Assembly: GCA_963705105.1 (NCBI GenBank)
Contig: CAVPIW010000006.1
Span: 992,001-1,056,000, forward strand
Reading direction: 5' to 3'
Source of the DNA: an uncultured Nitrospiraceae bacterium
GTDB taxonomy: Bacteria > Nitrospirota > Thermodesulfovibrionia > Thermodesulfovibrionales > Dissulfurispiraceae
DNA: 64,000 nt
Positions 9,923 through 19,632 of the stretch are shown piece by piece. The notes below the pieces were generated by a model. The model was given only the letters and a program-made list of their open reading frames with translations. It was not told the DNA's origin and ran no database searches. Every line of letters begins with the position of its first letter. Position 1 is the first letter of the stretch. The translations under genes were made by a program, and so were the position numbers.

Positions 9923-10135
9923 CTCTATAGTTGCACAGAAAGGCGGGGCGAAGCGCCTCAAAGCCTTGCTGAAGGCGACGATACGCCTCGTCAGGTTTGT
10001 CTTTCAGGACTCCACTCTTTGTGTGATCGGCCATTGGCTTGAACGGTTGTCTTCTGTGAGGGTTATGGTGTCGCCGCATCAAGGTTTTCGGCGCATACGC
10101 CCCGCCTTTCCCGGGAGTGTATTGCAACGATATGG
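9923..10135 (-). mobile_element. MITE family A, 213-bp copy, TSD TTAA
   Basis: CTCTATAGTTGCA ... TGCAACGATATGG flanked by TTAA on both sides. Confidence 0.85.
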
Positions 10136-10229
10136 TTAATTGCCGGGTTAATAATCAAAATATAGCATCAGTTTTCTTCTACAGAACCGACACCTCTCTG
10201 TCACCGACACTGTCATCGCGGCACATCGC

Positions 10230-10931
10230 TCATGATTCTGCAAATTCACGAAAACGCGTCGCCAGTTCGGGTCCTTTGGCTTCCTCTTCGTGTTTGAAAA
10301 AAACGAAGACCTTCTCCCATTTCTGTGCGCCGATTCTTTCCAGCCACTGCTTCAGATCGGCATCGCTGTAATCGGAACGGCGCAGGCGCAGGTACCCCCA
10401 CGGCGCAGTCGGGATGATCTCGCCCGACGGATGCTCATCCGCATCGGCGATACACAGGCACGATCCCCTTTCACGAAGGAGGTTCAGAATCTCATCGTCG
10501 GTGCGGGATACACTGCGAAACTCGAATGCGCAGTCCCTGCCGGCGGGGATCAGGCCGAGAAAATCCTTCATCAGAGGCGGGCTCGCGCGAAAGCTCTTGG
10601 GAAACTGGAAGAGGACCGGCCCCAGCCTGGCGTCAAGAACGGAGAGAGTTCTGAAGAAATATGCCGCCTCATCATAGACATTGCGCAACTGCTTCAGATG
10701 CGTTATGACCCGGGGCGCCTTGAGCGCGAAAACAAAATCCCCGGGAACCTGCTCCGCCCACGAAATGAGCACCCGCTCCCCGGGCATGCGATAAAAGGTA
10801 GTGTTGATCTCTACAGTGTTGAACCGACCTGAATAGAAACGAAGCATGTCCCCCGGAGGGATCTTCTCCGGGTAGAAGGTCCCCTTCCATTCCCGGTATG
10901 CATACCCGCTTGTGCCGACGCGAATCTCCAT
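10230..10931 (-). CDS. DUF72 (YecE-like) protein
   Basis: IRVGTSGYAYREWKGTFYP, VEINTTFYRMP, FALKAPRVITH, LGPVLFQFP, AFEFR, YLRLR, VFFKHE. Confidence 0.9.
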   Translation of the reverse strand: MEIRVGTSGYAYREWKGTFYPEKIPPGDMLRFYSGRFNTVEINTTFYRMPGERVLISWAEQVPGDFVFALKAPRVITHLKQLRNVYDEAAYFFRTLSVLDARLGPVLFQFPKSFRASPPLMKDFLGLIPAGRDCAFEFRSVSRTDDEILNLLRERGSCLCIADADEHPSGEIIPTAPWGYLRLRRSDYSDADLKQWLERIGAQKWEKVFVFFKHEEEAKGPELATRFREFAES

Positions 10932-10938
10932 AAATGAA

Positions 10939-11354
10939 CCTTATTGCTGCAATGCGCCCCCGGGAAAGGCGGGTGTCTGCGCCGAAAACCTTGATGCGGC
11001 GACACCTTAACCGTCACAGAAGGCTGTGTTTTACACCAATGATCGAAGAAATGAGCCTTTTTGCCGACACTCGCACTGTCACTGACACTCACACTTTATT
11101 AGAGTGCTCCGTCCCGCCTTTCCAGGCAACTACACCTTATCGTTGCAATACACGCCCGCGAAATGCGGGGCGTATGCGGCGAAAACCTTGCTGCGGCGAC
11201 ACCTGTATCAAAACGAAGGACAGCTTATACGCCTATGATCGATGACACAAAGAATGGATTCCGGAAACACAAACCTGACGAGGAGTATCGTCGCCTTCAG
11301 CAAGGATTTGAGGCGTTTCGCCCCGCATTTTCCATGCAACTACAGGGTACAGGG
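10939..11354 (+). mobile_element. MITE family A variant (hexamer-repeat interior) interrupted in its right TIR by a second copy
   Basis: CCTTATTGCTGCAA start. Right end GGCAACTACA|GGG is split by 11135-11347. Flanks TGAA/TGAT. Confidence 0.75.
11135..11347 (+). mobile_element. MITE family A, 213-bp nested copy, TSD TACA
   Basis: TACA|CCTTATCGTTGCA ... TGCAACTACAGGG|TACA. Confidence 0.88.
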
Positions 11355-11360
11355 TGATCG

Positions 11361-11633
11361 CTACCAGTAGAGCACTTTCATATGCTGGGCGTTTACCGTG
11401 CCCATCTTTCCGAGGTTCTTCCCTCTCCTGCCTTCTATTTTTCTGATCCAGTTCCTGATATCCTCGGCAAGCTCTGGTTCACACACCTCCGCGTACCGTT
11501 TCAGCGCCTCCAGTGCAGCAGGGTCTCTCTCGGGACTGAGGACGAAATAGGGTTCATCGTTTGCGAAGTTGACCGATTCCGCCGTTCTGCCCGTTTCGAG
11601 ATTGATCACCTTGTACCTGGGAGCGAGTTTCAT
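11361..11633 (-). CDS. Hypothetical protein (90 aa)
   Basis: GGAGG RBS, protein-like composition (DEPYFVL...DPAALEALKRYAE), upstream sigma54 promoter. Confidence 0.7.
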   Translation of the reverse strand: MKLAPRYKVINLETGRTAESVNFANDEPYFVLSPERDPAALEALKRYAEVCEPELAEDIRNWIRKIEGRRGKNLGKMGTVNAQHMKVLYW

Positions 11634-11725
11634 CGTGACCTCCTGTGCATTTTACTGTCAGACGCCGCCGTGTCCTGACACATGCGGTCCCTGAATCAGA
11701 GTCTGTCCATAAAGTCACCTTCATC

Positions 11726-11819
11726 TGTCATTCCCGCAAGAGAAGCGCGTCGGGAATCCTTTTGAAAGAACGATTCCGGACCGATCCCCGGCTGTGCGAG
11801 GGCAAGAGCCGGAACGACA
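11726..11819. repeat. REP/RPE-like palindromic element (family B)
   Basis: TGTCATTCCCGCAAG...GCGCGTCGGGAATCC...GATTCCGGAC...CAAGAGCCGGAACGACA, similar to the 9809 and 24009 copies. Confidence 0.7.
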
Positions 11820-11868
11820 AACAAACCGCAACTTCGTGAGTTTATAAACGGACTCAAATTATCAGGGT

Positions 11869-11884
11869 AGCGATAACCGTGCCA
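11869..11884 (-). promoter_or_regulatory. Putative sigma54 promoter for the 11633 gene
   Basis: Minus strand TGGCACGGTTATCGCT. TGT-N10-ACA at 11972-11987 upstream. Confidence 0.6.
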
Positions 11885-12080
11885 TTGTGAGGTCGATCGT
11901 ATCACGCCTTGCAAGACATTGGAAATCATCGATTGTTTGCAACAATGTCCCGTCGGTGCAAAATATACTCATGTCGCGTGAAACACATGCAGGGAACACA
12001 TCTGTATCATGGACGGTCCTGAACGAGGGGAACAGTGAGATGCCCGGGGCGAACCGAGGGGGCCCCGCGCTATCCCCGCG

Positions 12081-13799
12081 TTACGAACGCTTCGGGAATG
12101 TACTGTCGGTCTCGATGTCGTATTCTTTGATCTTCCGGTACAGCGTGCTGCGGCTCACTGCGAGCAGGCGGGCAGCGCGGGCTTTGTTCCAGCCGGTCTT
12201 CTCAAGGGCGCTGACAATCATCTCCGTGAGATTGTCCGGCGCCGCAGCGGCCACCTCCGGCGCGGCCCCGGTGAAACCCTTCAGCTCCTGGGGAAGATCC
12301 TCGAGGGTGAGAAGAGCACCGCGGCTCAGAAGGACCCCGTGTTCGATTGCATGCTCAAGCTCCCGCACATTGCCGGGCCACTCATAGGCGGAGAACAGCC
12401 CCATGACGTCGTCCGACACCCCGAGAACCTGCTTGTTCAGGCGTTCGTTCAGCTTCGCAATAAGATGATCGACCAGAAGCGGGATGTCCTCGCGCCGTTC
12501 CCGCAGCGGCGGAACCTTCAATTCCACCACCTTCAGCCGGTAATAGAGATCTTCCCGAAAGGCGCCTTCCCTGACCTTCCCGATGAGCTCACGGTTTGTT
12601 GCCGCCATCACCCGCACATCCACGGTGATGGGCGAGGTGCTCCCCACCCGTTCGAACTCACGTTCCTGGAGGACCCGAAGGAGCCTGATCTGCACCTGCT
12701 GCGAGATGTCCCCGATCTCATCGAGCAGGATCGAGCCGCCGTCGGCTATCTCGAATCTCCCGGCCTTGCTGCTGATGGCGCCGGTGAAGGCCCCTTTCAC
12801 ATGGCCGAAAAGCTCGCTCTCGAGGAGGTTCTCGTTCAGGGCCGAGCAGTTCACCTTCACGAAGGGCTTGTCTCTCCGGGACCCGCACAGGTGAATCGCC
12901 TCGGCGACCAGTTCCTTTCCCGTTCCGGTCTCGCCGGTGATGAGGACCGTCGTCGGCGTGTCGGCCAGGGCCTCGATGAGGGAGTAAATGCGCTGCATCG
13001 GCTGGCTCTGGCCGATGATGCCGTGAAAGCTTCTCCTTTTCCCGAGGTCGCGCTCCAGCGTGTCGAGCCTGGTTTCATCACGGACGACGACGATGCCGCC
13101 GTATACTTTCCCCGACCCGTCCCTGAGAGGAGAGACGGTCACCGCCACCGAACGTTCACTTCCGCCGGGGTGGAAGCAGGAGAGCCTCTTGACGGAGACG
13201 GGCTTCTCGGTGCGCATCGCGTCCCCGAGGGCATGCATACAGTTGCCTTTGCAGCGCGTGCGAAGGGAAGGGAACGCCTTCCCGACCACGTCGGGGCTGA
13301 AACCGCAGATGTCCCTGGCCGCATCATTGATGTCGATGACCGCCAGGTCCTTGTCAACCAGGATGATGCCCTCTGCGATGCTCCGGAACAGACCCTCCAG
13401 GTTCGCTCGGTACCGCTCCTTTTCTTCCACCAGCGCCTTGTGCATGAGGGCCTGTCGGGTCACCCGCAGGAGCGATTCCTGTCCCACCGGCTTGGAGATG
13501 TAGTCGAAAGCGCCGAAACGGACCGCTTCCGCCGCCGTTTCAAGGCTCGGATACCCGGTGATCAGCACGACAGGGCAGGAAGGATTTTTTTGCTTGATCT
13601 CCCGCAGCAGGTCGATGCCGCTCCGCTCTTCAAGGATGATGTCAAGGAACACCAGATCATACTGCCTCTCCTGGAATCGCGCCCATGCTTCTTCACAGTC
13701 TTTCGCCGTCCAGACACCATACCCCTCGTCTGACAGAAAGCTCTCGAAGGTCACCCTGATGCCCTTTTCGTCATCGATGACAAGAATGGGTTCCTTCAT
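12081..13799 (-). CDS. NtrC-family sigma54 activator (REC-PAS-AAA+-HTH)
   Basis: IDDE receiver, PAS region, GETGTGKE, ESELFGHVKGAFTGA, LDEIGD, FREDLYYRL, WPGNVREL, Fis-type HTH. Confidence 0.93.
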   Translation of the reverse strand: MKEPILVIDDEKGIRVTFESFLSDEGYGVWTAKDCEEAWARFQERQYDLVFLDIILEERSGIDLLREIKQKNPSCPVVLITGYPSLETAAEAVRFGAFDYISKPVGQESLLRVTRQALMHKALVEEKERYRANLEGLFRSIAEGIILVDKDLAVIDINDAARDICGFSPDVVGKAFPSLRTRCKGNCMHALGDAMRTEKPVSVKRLSCFHPGGSERSVAVTVSPLRDGSGKVYGGIVVVRDETRLDTLERDLGKRRSFHGIIGQSQPMQRIYSLIEALADTPTTVLITGETGTGKELVAEAIHLCGSRRDKPFVKVNCSALNENLLESELFGHVKGAFTGAISSKAGRFEIADGGSILLDEIGDISQQVQIRLLRVLQEREFERVGSTSPITVDVRVMAATNRELIGKVREGAFREDLYYRLKVVELKVPPLRERREDIPLLVDHLIAKLNERLNKQVLGVSDDVMGLFSAYEWPGNVRELEHAIEHGVLLSRGALLTLEDLPQELKGFTGAAPEVAAAAPDNLTEMIVSALEKTGWNKARAARLLAVSRSTLYRKIKEYDIETDSTFPKRS

Positions 13800-16700
13800 G
13801 GAGCCTCCTCCGGCGCTTCAGCGGGGAGGTCGATCATCACCGTGGTGTATTCACCCTCAACGCTTTCGAGGGTCAGCCGTCCGCCATGATCGGCCACGAT
13901 ACCGTGACTGATGCTCAGTCCCAGCCCCGTTCCCTCGCTCGGGGGTTTGGTGGTAAAGAAGGGAGAAATCACCTTGTGTTGTATGTTCTTCGGGATGCCG
14001 CTACCGTGGTCGCACACCTCGATGCGGACGTGCGGCTTGCCTTCAACAGTGCAGCTTTCCCCCCTGATGTCCAGTGTCTTGTCCTGGTGCGGGCCGTGAT
14101 ATTTCTTGTTGAGCGCGTAACGGGCATTGCTGATAAGGTTCAGAAAGACCTGCTGGATCTGCTGCTGGTTCGCCCGTATCGGCGGGAGGTCCTGAGGCAT
14201 TATCACCCTGAGCTTGATGCCGTCCCGTCTCAGTTGAGCATTGGTGAGGACAAAGGTCGCTTCCAGGATATTTTGGAGGGCGACGGGATGTTTGACGTCA
14301 CTCCTGTCCCGCGCAAAGCCGAGCAGGCCTCTCACGATACCGGCAATCCTCCCGCCTTCGTTGACGATCTCTTCTGCGAATTCGTGCTCCCGCGAGGGCG
14401 GATCCGCCCTGTTCGCCAGAATCTGGGCGTAGTTGATGATGGAGTTGATGGGGTTGTTGATCTCATGGGCGACTCCGGCGGCAAGTTCCCCGAGGGAGGC
14501 GAGGCGCGCCGATCGGACGGCTTCCTCATGGAGTCTCAATTCCCGGGTGATGTCCCGGGCATCGAGGATGACGTTCTTCACCGTCCCCGACTCGTCTTTG
14601 ACGGGGATCGCCATCACATCCCAGATGGTGCTGCCTGGTATTTCCAGGCGGGCCGTTATTCGCTGTCCACTTTGAAAACAGATCGGCGCGGGACAGTCGT
14701 CGCGATTGACTCCCAGTCCCGCCCAAAAGCTTTCGCTGGTCTGTCCGACAAGGGCTTCGGGCGTGAGGTCAGCTCGTGCGGAAGCTGCCTTGTTCACCCA
14801 CAGGATCTTCAGGTCCGACGAAAGCAGAACGAGCATATCGGAAAGGGCATCGAGAAGGGCGTTGAGTTGCTGAGAGACCCTGCGATACCGCGCCTCGCTC
14901 TCCTCGATCATGGACCTGTTTCTCATGCGCTCCAAAAAGTCCCCGATCAATTCTGCGATCGTGCCGATGAGTGCGTCTTCTTCCTTCATGAAAGGACCGG
15001 CATCGATCGCAGGCCGCTCTGTGCAATAGACAACGGAGAGCGAACCCTGGACAGCGCCCTGGATGCGTATCGGTCTCTGCAGCTTCCACGGCGTGTCGCG
15101 GTAGTTGACCGTCTTGAACTCAAGACCGCTCAGGGTGACGCAGGCGCCGGTCGTCTCCGGGAACTGCCATCCCGAAGGAATCACGTTGACGACTTCATAG
15201 AGAGCAGACGCCATAGGCACTCCCTCCCCGCTCAGCAGGCGGTGCACCGTATTAAGACAGTTCAGCTCCTTGAGCCGCTCATTGAGATCATGGGTCTTCT
15301 TCTCAAGATCGCGGTAAGCCCGCCGAAGCTCTTCAGTCCGCTGCCTGATCCTGCATTCGAGCTCTTCGTTCGCCTCTTGCAATGCCTCCCGAGCCTTGCG
15401 CAGGTTCTCCTCGCTCTCGCGCAGGGCCACCTCCGCCTGCTTGCGCTCGGTGATGTCCTGGGTGATGCCGAAGCCACCTATCAGCGTGTCTTCCTCATCG
15501 AATTCAAGGTAGGCCTTCTCCCGCACCCATTTGACCTGTGCGTCCACCACGATGCGGTGTTCGATGTCGTAGGGCTCGCCGCGCAGGGCTGCATTCCACA
15601 TCATGTCCACGCACTGCCGGTCGTCGGGATGAATTGTCGCCAGGAACGATTCGTAGGTTAACGGTGTCCCCTTGGGCACGCCGAAGATACGATAATTCTC
15701 ATCGGACCATGTCAGGATGTTGCGGAGCACGTCCAGACGCCAACTGCCGATCTGCCCGACCGCCTGGGCGCGGTCCAGGTCTTCCCGGCTCTGGCGCAGG
15801 GCCTCCTCGGCCTGTCTGCGGGCGGTGACATCGAGTCCGTATATACGGACAAACCGCCCGTCCGGGAAATACTGCAGAGACTGCTGGAAGGTGCGTTCCC
15901 TCACGGTCACATCGCGCTGCGCGCTCCCGGTCAGTCCGTCCCGGAACGGCTGGGCCAAAGCCGTCCAATGCATGAACCACGGATGTGCCAATCCCTGTAT
16001 TTCCAGGTCCGGCAAAAGTCGACGCGTCGCTGGATTGGAGTACCTGATCGCGCCGTCCAGGCTCACCTCCATGACAGGATTCGGATTTCGTTCGGGGAAG
16101 GACGCAAGATACGCCAACCTCTCCTCCGCCTGCTTGAGGCGGCTGATATCAAGGTTGATGCCGGCCCAGCAGATGATCCGGCCCTGCTCGTCATGCACCG
16201 GTACGCCGCGTGCGAGGACCGGATGCCAGTCGCCGTCGACGCCGCGGAAACGATGTTCTATATCCCACGTCCCGCCCGTGCGGACGCACTCCTTCCAGGC
16301 TGCTATGGTCTGTTCGGCATCGTCCGGGTGCAGCACATCGCCCCAGCCGAAGTCTGAGCATTGTTGCTGCGTGATGCCCACCAGCCTGAGGAAGCTCTCG
16401 CTGGCGTATATGTTTCGACCGTCGGGGGCACAGATCCAGATGCCATAGTCGATCGATTCTCCAATGGCGCGGTAAAGCCCTTCGCTTCGCCGCAGGGCCT
16501 CCTCGCCGCGTTTCTGCTCTGTGATGTCGTAGTTGATCCCGTCGAAGCGGACAGGTGTTCCATCGGCGCCGTACGTCGCCTGGCCGGCTGAGCGGACCCA
16601 TCGAACTTCGCCGGTGACGGGATTGACGACGCGATGGTCGATCTCATACAACGAGCGCTCCCTGACCGCCTTCTCGACCGCCAGTCGTGTCGGCTCGCGA

Positions 16701-18943
16701 TCGTCGGGATGCAGCCTGCTCCAGAACAGATCGACGGTGGGCTCGGTCCCGGCCGGAACACAGAACAGCTGTTTTGTCTTTTCGTCCCAGTTGAGGCTGC
16801 CAAGCGGCATTTTGTTAAGCCATGTCCCGACACCCGTTATCCCCAGCACCCAGGCAAGGCGTTCACGGCTTTGGCGGAGTTCTTCCTCAACCCGCTTGCG
16901 CTCGGTGATGTCATGGGCCACATGAACGGAGCCGATCATCTGCCCCTTATCGTCGTACATCGGTGTCGTGCTGACCAGAAAATCGCCGCCGAGACGCTCC
17001 TCGCGCACTTCTTCTATATGTTCACGACCGTCCTGCAATGTTCGGCACTGAGGGCAGAAGGCAGGCGGCACGGATGTCCCGTGCACGACTTCATGGCACG
17101 GCAGCCCGATGCACTCCGCAGGGCTGCGCCCCAAACGACGTGCCATCGCAGCATTCACCCGCCGGACCCGATGGCGGTTGTCCATGATCGCGATCAGATC
17201 CGGCACGCTGTCAAAGGTTCTCTCCCATTCCTGTTTGGCCCGGACTATCCTTTCCCCGGCGGCGAACCTGGACAGGGAGATGGCCAGATAGTCAGCCAGA
17301 CTCTCCCACAGTGATAGGCCTTCAGGACTGAAACGCCCCTTTCTCCTGTCGTTCAACTGGAGCAGGCCCAGCCGCTCCTCTCCCGCACGGAGGCCGATCA
17401 GCGCAACCGACTCGTAGCCTTCCCCGTTGCACCTGTTTCTCGTGCGCGCCTGCCTGTCGGCGTCTGTGGTTGATGTCAGCAGCTCCGTCGTGCTGTTGGT
17501 CCAGAAGCTTCCCTTTTCCGTAAAGAAAGGCTTTGAAGGATCGAAACGCCCACAGATAACGTTGTCGCACATACATTCAAGGACCGGGTTGCCCGCGCCG
17601 TCGAGGATGAGCCGTCCCTCCCCGTCACGGGAGCAAAGACTATTTTCCAGAAGAACAAACTCCTTCGGGAACCCTCGCGTCTCGTAATACGGATAATCAT
17701 GCTCCCGCCTGAGTCTTATGCCCACTGCCTCGCACCCGGACTTCCGCTGAAAGAAGTCAGTCGCAGCGTGAATCAGGTCATCGGTCCCCTTGCTTTCATT
17801 GGCAAGGTGAAGAAATCCGGCTACCGTCTCACGCTCCTCCTCCGCCCGCCTGCGAACCGTGATATCCTGAAACACTGTGGCGAATTTCCCCTTGCCCGGC
17901 GAAAAGACAGATATGGCGAAATACCTTTTCATCGGGGGGAAGTACGCCTCGAAAGCGAATGACTCACCTGTGGAAGCAACCTTTGCGTATATATCGATAT
18001 ACGGGGCCTCCCCTGTGCCGTAAAGCTCGGAAGCCCTCTTGCCGACGGCAACATTTCGGACAAGGCCCGTAATTTTCTCGTACGCCGGATTCACATCTGC
18101 GACCACATAGTCAACGGCCCTTCCATCCTCATACACGATCTCGTGCATGGCAAGGCCTTCGCTCATTGACGCATACAGGCTCTTCAGCCGCTCCCCGTTC
18201 CTTCGCAGCTCATCTTCCACCTCCTTACGCCGGGCGATCTCACGCCGGAGCTCTTCACTTGTCTCCTCGGCGAGCCGCCTGGCCCTGATGGCGTCTTCCA
18301 AGGCTTCAAGAACGGCCGCGCGTGATTCACGCAGACCTGCCTCGGAGGCCTCAAGCCTGTCACGGGAGACCCTGAGCTCTTCGTTCGCCGCGGCAAGTTC
18401 TTCGTTCGCTTCCCGGAGCCTCTCCATCACCCTGAGGACCCTCAGGTCCGTCACAATCACGCAGGCCGCCTCCATGTCGTCTGTCCTGAGGAGGCTTGCC
18501 GATATGCTCACAGGGACTGCAGGGTTTTCATTCCCCTTTGCCTTCAGGAAGGTCTCAAGAGCGCGGCTCTCCGGACCGACTTCCGCGATGAGGGCTGAAA
18601 CGGAGTGACGCAGGTCTTCAGCCACGAAATCAAGGAATGACATCCCGAGCACCTCTTCGCGGGGTGCGCTCACAAGTTCGGCGAATCGGGGGTTGCAGAA
18701 GAGGATAAGCCCTTCGAACGTCATGGTGACCGCGCCTTCATTCATCGACTCGAAGAAGACCCGGTACGGATGGTCGGCGCCCTTCAAAGTATATATCCGG
18801 TCACCCGCGGGAGACGAGCAGACGAGCGCATCCACTTCTCCGCTCCTGATGGCGCGAAGGGCATCTTCCGCCTCCTCAAGCCGCGACCGGAGCTCCTGAA
18901 TCTCCGGAAGCAGATCCATCCTGGGCTTGCCTTTCCCCGTCAT
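13796..18943 (-). CDS. Large cytoplasmic multi-PAS/GAF sensor histidine kinase
   Basis: Multiple PAS/PAC repeats (DITERKxxE), a GAF domain, H-box AHEINNP, NLISNARYA, DHGSGI, PFFTTK, GTGLGL. No transmembrane segments. Confidence 0.92.
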   Translation of the reverse strand: MTGKGKPRMDLLPEIQELRSRLEEAEDALRAIRSGEVDALVCSSPAGDRIYTLKGADHPYRVFFESMNEGAVTMTFEGLILFCNPRFAELVSAPREEVLGMSFLDFVAEDLRHSVSALIAEVGPESRALETFLKAKGNENPAVPVSISASLLRTDDMEAACVIVTDLRVLRVMERLREANEELAAANEELRVSRDRLEASEAGLRESRAAVLEALEDAIRARRLAEETSEELRREIARRKEVEDELRRNGERLKSLYASMSEGLAMHEIVYEDGRAVDYVVADVNPAYEKITGLVRNVAVGKRASELYGTGEAPYIDIYAKVASTGESFAFEAYFPPMKRYFAISVFSPGKGKFATVFQDITVRRRAEEERETVAGFLHLANESKGTDDLIHAATDFFQRKSGCEAVGIRLRREHDYPYYETRGFPKEFVLLENSLCSRDGEGRLILDGAGNPVLECMCDNVICGRFDPSKPFFTEKGSFWTNSTTELLTSTTDADRQARTRNRCNGEGYESVALIGLRAGEERLGLLQLNDRRKGRFSPEGLSLWESLADYLAISLSRFAAGERIVRAKQEWERTFDSVPDLIAIMDNRHRVRRVNAAMARRLGRSPAECIGLPCHEVVHGTSVPPAFCPQCRTLQDGREHIEEVREERLGGDFLVSTTPMYDDKGQMIGSVHVAHDITERKRVEEELRQSRERLAWVLGITGVGTWLNKMPLGSLNWDEKTKQLFCVPAGTEPTVDLFWSRLHPDDREPTRLAVEKAVRERSLYEIDHRVVNPVTGEVRWVRSAGQATYGADGTPVRFDGINYDITEQKRGEEALRRSEGLYRAIGESIDYGIWICAPDGRNIYASESFLRLVGITQQQCSDFGWGDVLHPDDAEQTIAAWKECVRTGGTWDIEHRFRGVDGDWHPVLARGVPVHDEQGRIICWAGINLDISRLKQAEERLAYLASFPERNPNPVMEVSLDGAIRYSNPATRRLLPDLEIQGLAHPWFMHWTALAQPFRDGLTGSAQRDVTVRERTFQQSLQYFPDGRFVRIYGLDVTARRQAEEALRQSREDLDRAQAVGQIGSWRLDVLRNILTWSDENYRIFGVPKGTPLTYESFLATIHPDDRQCVDMMWNAALRGEPYDIEHRIVVDAQVKWVREKAYLEFDEEDTLIGGFGITQDITERKQAEVALRESEENLRKAREALQEANEELECRIRQRTEELRRAYRDLEKKTHDLNERLKELNCLNTVHRLLSGEGVPMASALYEVVNVIPSGWQFPETTGACVTLSGLEFKTVNYRDTPWKLQRPIRIQGAVQGSLSVVYCTERPAIDAGPFMKEEDALIGTIAELIGDFLERMRNRSMIEESEARYRRVSQQLNALLDALSDMLVLLSSDLKILWVNKAASARADLTPEALVGQTSESFWAGLGVNRDDCPAPICFQSGQRITARLEIPGSTIWDVMAIPVKDESGTVKNVILDARDITRELRLHEEAVRSARLASLGELAAGVAHEINNPINSIINYAQILANRADPPSREHEFAEEIVNEGGRIAGIVRGLLGFARDRSDVKHPVALQNILEATFVLTNAQLRRDGIKLRVIMPQDLPPIRANQQQIQQVFLNLISNARYALNKKYHGPHQDKTLDIRGESCTVEGKPHVRIEVCDHGSGIPKNIQHKVISPFFTTKPPSEGTGLGLSISHGIVADHGGRLTLESVEGEYTTVMIDLPAEAPEEAP

Positions 18944-19278
18944 TTCTTCAACCTCAGATCGAACCCGAGGAGGATGCGCTCCGTGTCGGACATGTCGCCG
19001 ATGAACTTGCGGAGCGGAAGAGGCAGTTTCTTTATGAGGGTCGGCGCGGCGATGATCTGCTCACCTTTTGCGAGCACGGGGTTTTGGTATATATCGACGA
19101 TCTCCAGATCGAAACGGCCGTTCAGGTGTTCTTCGCATATCTTCCGGATGTTCATGATCGCTTTGGAAGACCGGGGGGTCATTCCGGTAATGTACAGCTT
19201 CAGCACATATGTCTGACCCGAGGCCTCTTTTGCCGCCTTCTCCAGTTCCTCTCCCTGGTGTCTTTTCCCTGCCGCCAT
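18940..19278 (-). CDS. kaiB: Circadian clock protein KaiB-like
   Basis: YVLKLYITGMTPRS, LEIVDIYQNPVLAKGEQIIAAPTLIKKLPLPLRKFIGDMS. Confidence 0.93.
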   Translation of the reverse strand: MAAGKRHQGEELEKAAKEASGQTYVLKLYITGMTPRSSKAIMNIRKICEEHLNGRFDLEIVDIYQNPVLAKGEQIIAAPTLIKKLPLPLRKFIGDMSDTERILLGFDLRLKK

Positions 19279-19281
19279 TTC

Positions 19282-19632
19282 TCATGCTCCCTGTTTGACG
19301 GGCACAAGGTTGAGCCCGACAAGAACGCGCTCTGTGTTCGACAGGTCTCCTATGATCTTTCTGACAGGGACGGGCAGCTTTCTCACCAGCGTCGGGAGAG
19401 CGACAATCTGGTCGCCTTTGGCGAGCTGCGGGTTCTCGATCAGGTCGATGATCTCGATCCTGTATTTGCCTTTGAGGTGCTCTTCACAGATCTTCTTCAG
19501 ATTCGAAAAGGCTGCGATAGACTTCGGCGTCTGTCCTGCCACGTAAAGGCGCAGCTCCCAAAGATCCTTCCGCCCCTGAGTCTTCCCGGCCTTCCGGTCG
19601 CCTGCCGTCGCTTCACTTCTCTGCGCTTTCAT
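19282..19632 (-). CDS. kaiB: Circadian clock protein KaiB-like
   Basis: [54 protein letters not shown]. Confidence 0.93.
   Translation of the reverse strand: MKAQRSEATAGDRKAGKTQGRKDLWELRLYVAGQTPKSIAAFSNLKKICEEHLKGKYRIEIIDLIENPQLAKGDQIVALPTLVRKLPVPVRKIIGDLSNTERVLVGLNLVPVKQGA

Larger units (their letters stand above)
9768..10154. repeat. Composite repeat bounded by a perfect 19-bp inverted repeat (family C), containing a REP-like unit and a MITE
   Basis: TTATTAACCCGGCAATTAA (9768-9786) and TTAATTGCCGGGTTAATAA (10136-10154). Confidence 0.7.

Noticed and set aside
12339..15661. Long antisense ORFs (for example 12339-13733, 13886-15661, 52310-53728, 55678-57807, 60974-62368)
   Set aside because: They are shadows of well-supported genes on the opposite strand in GC-rich DNA and have no recognisable motifs.
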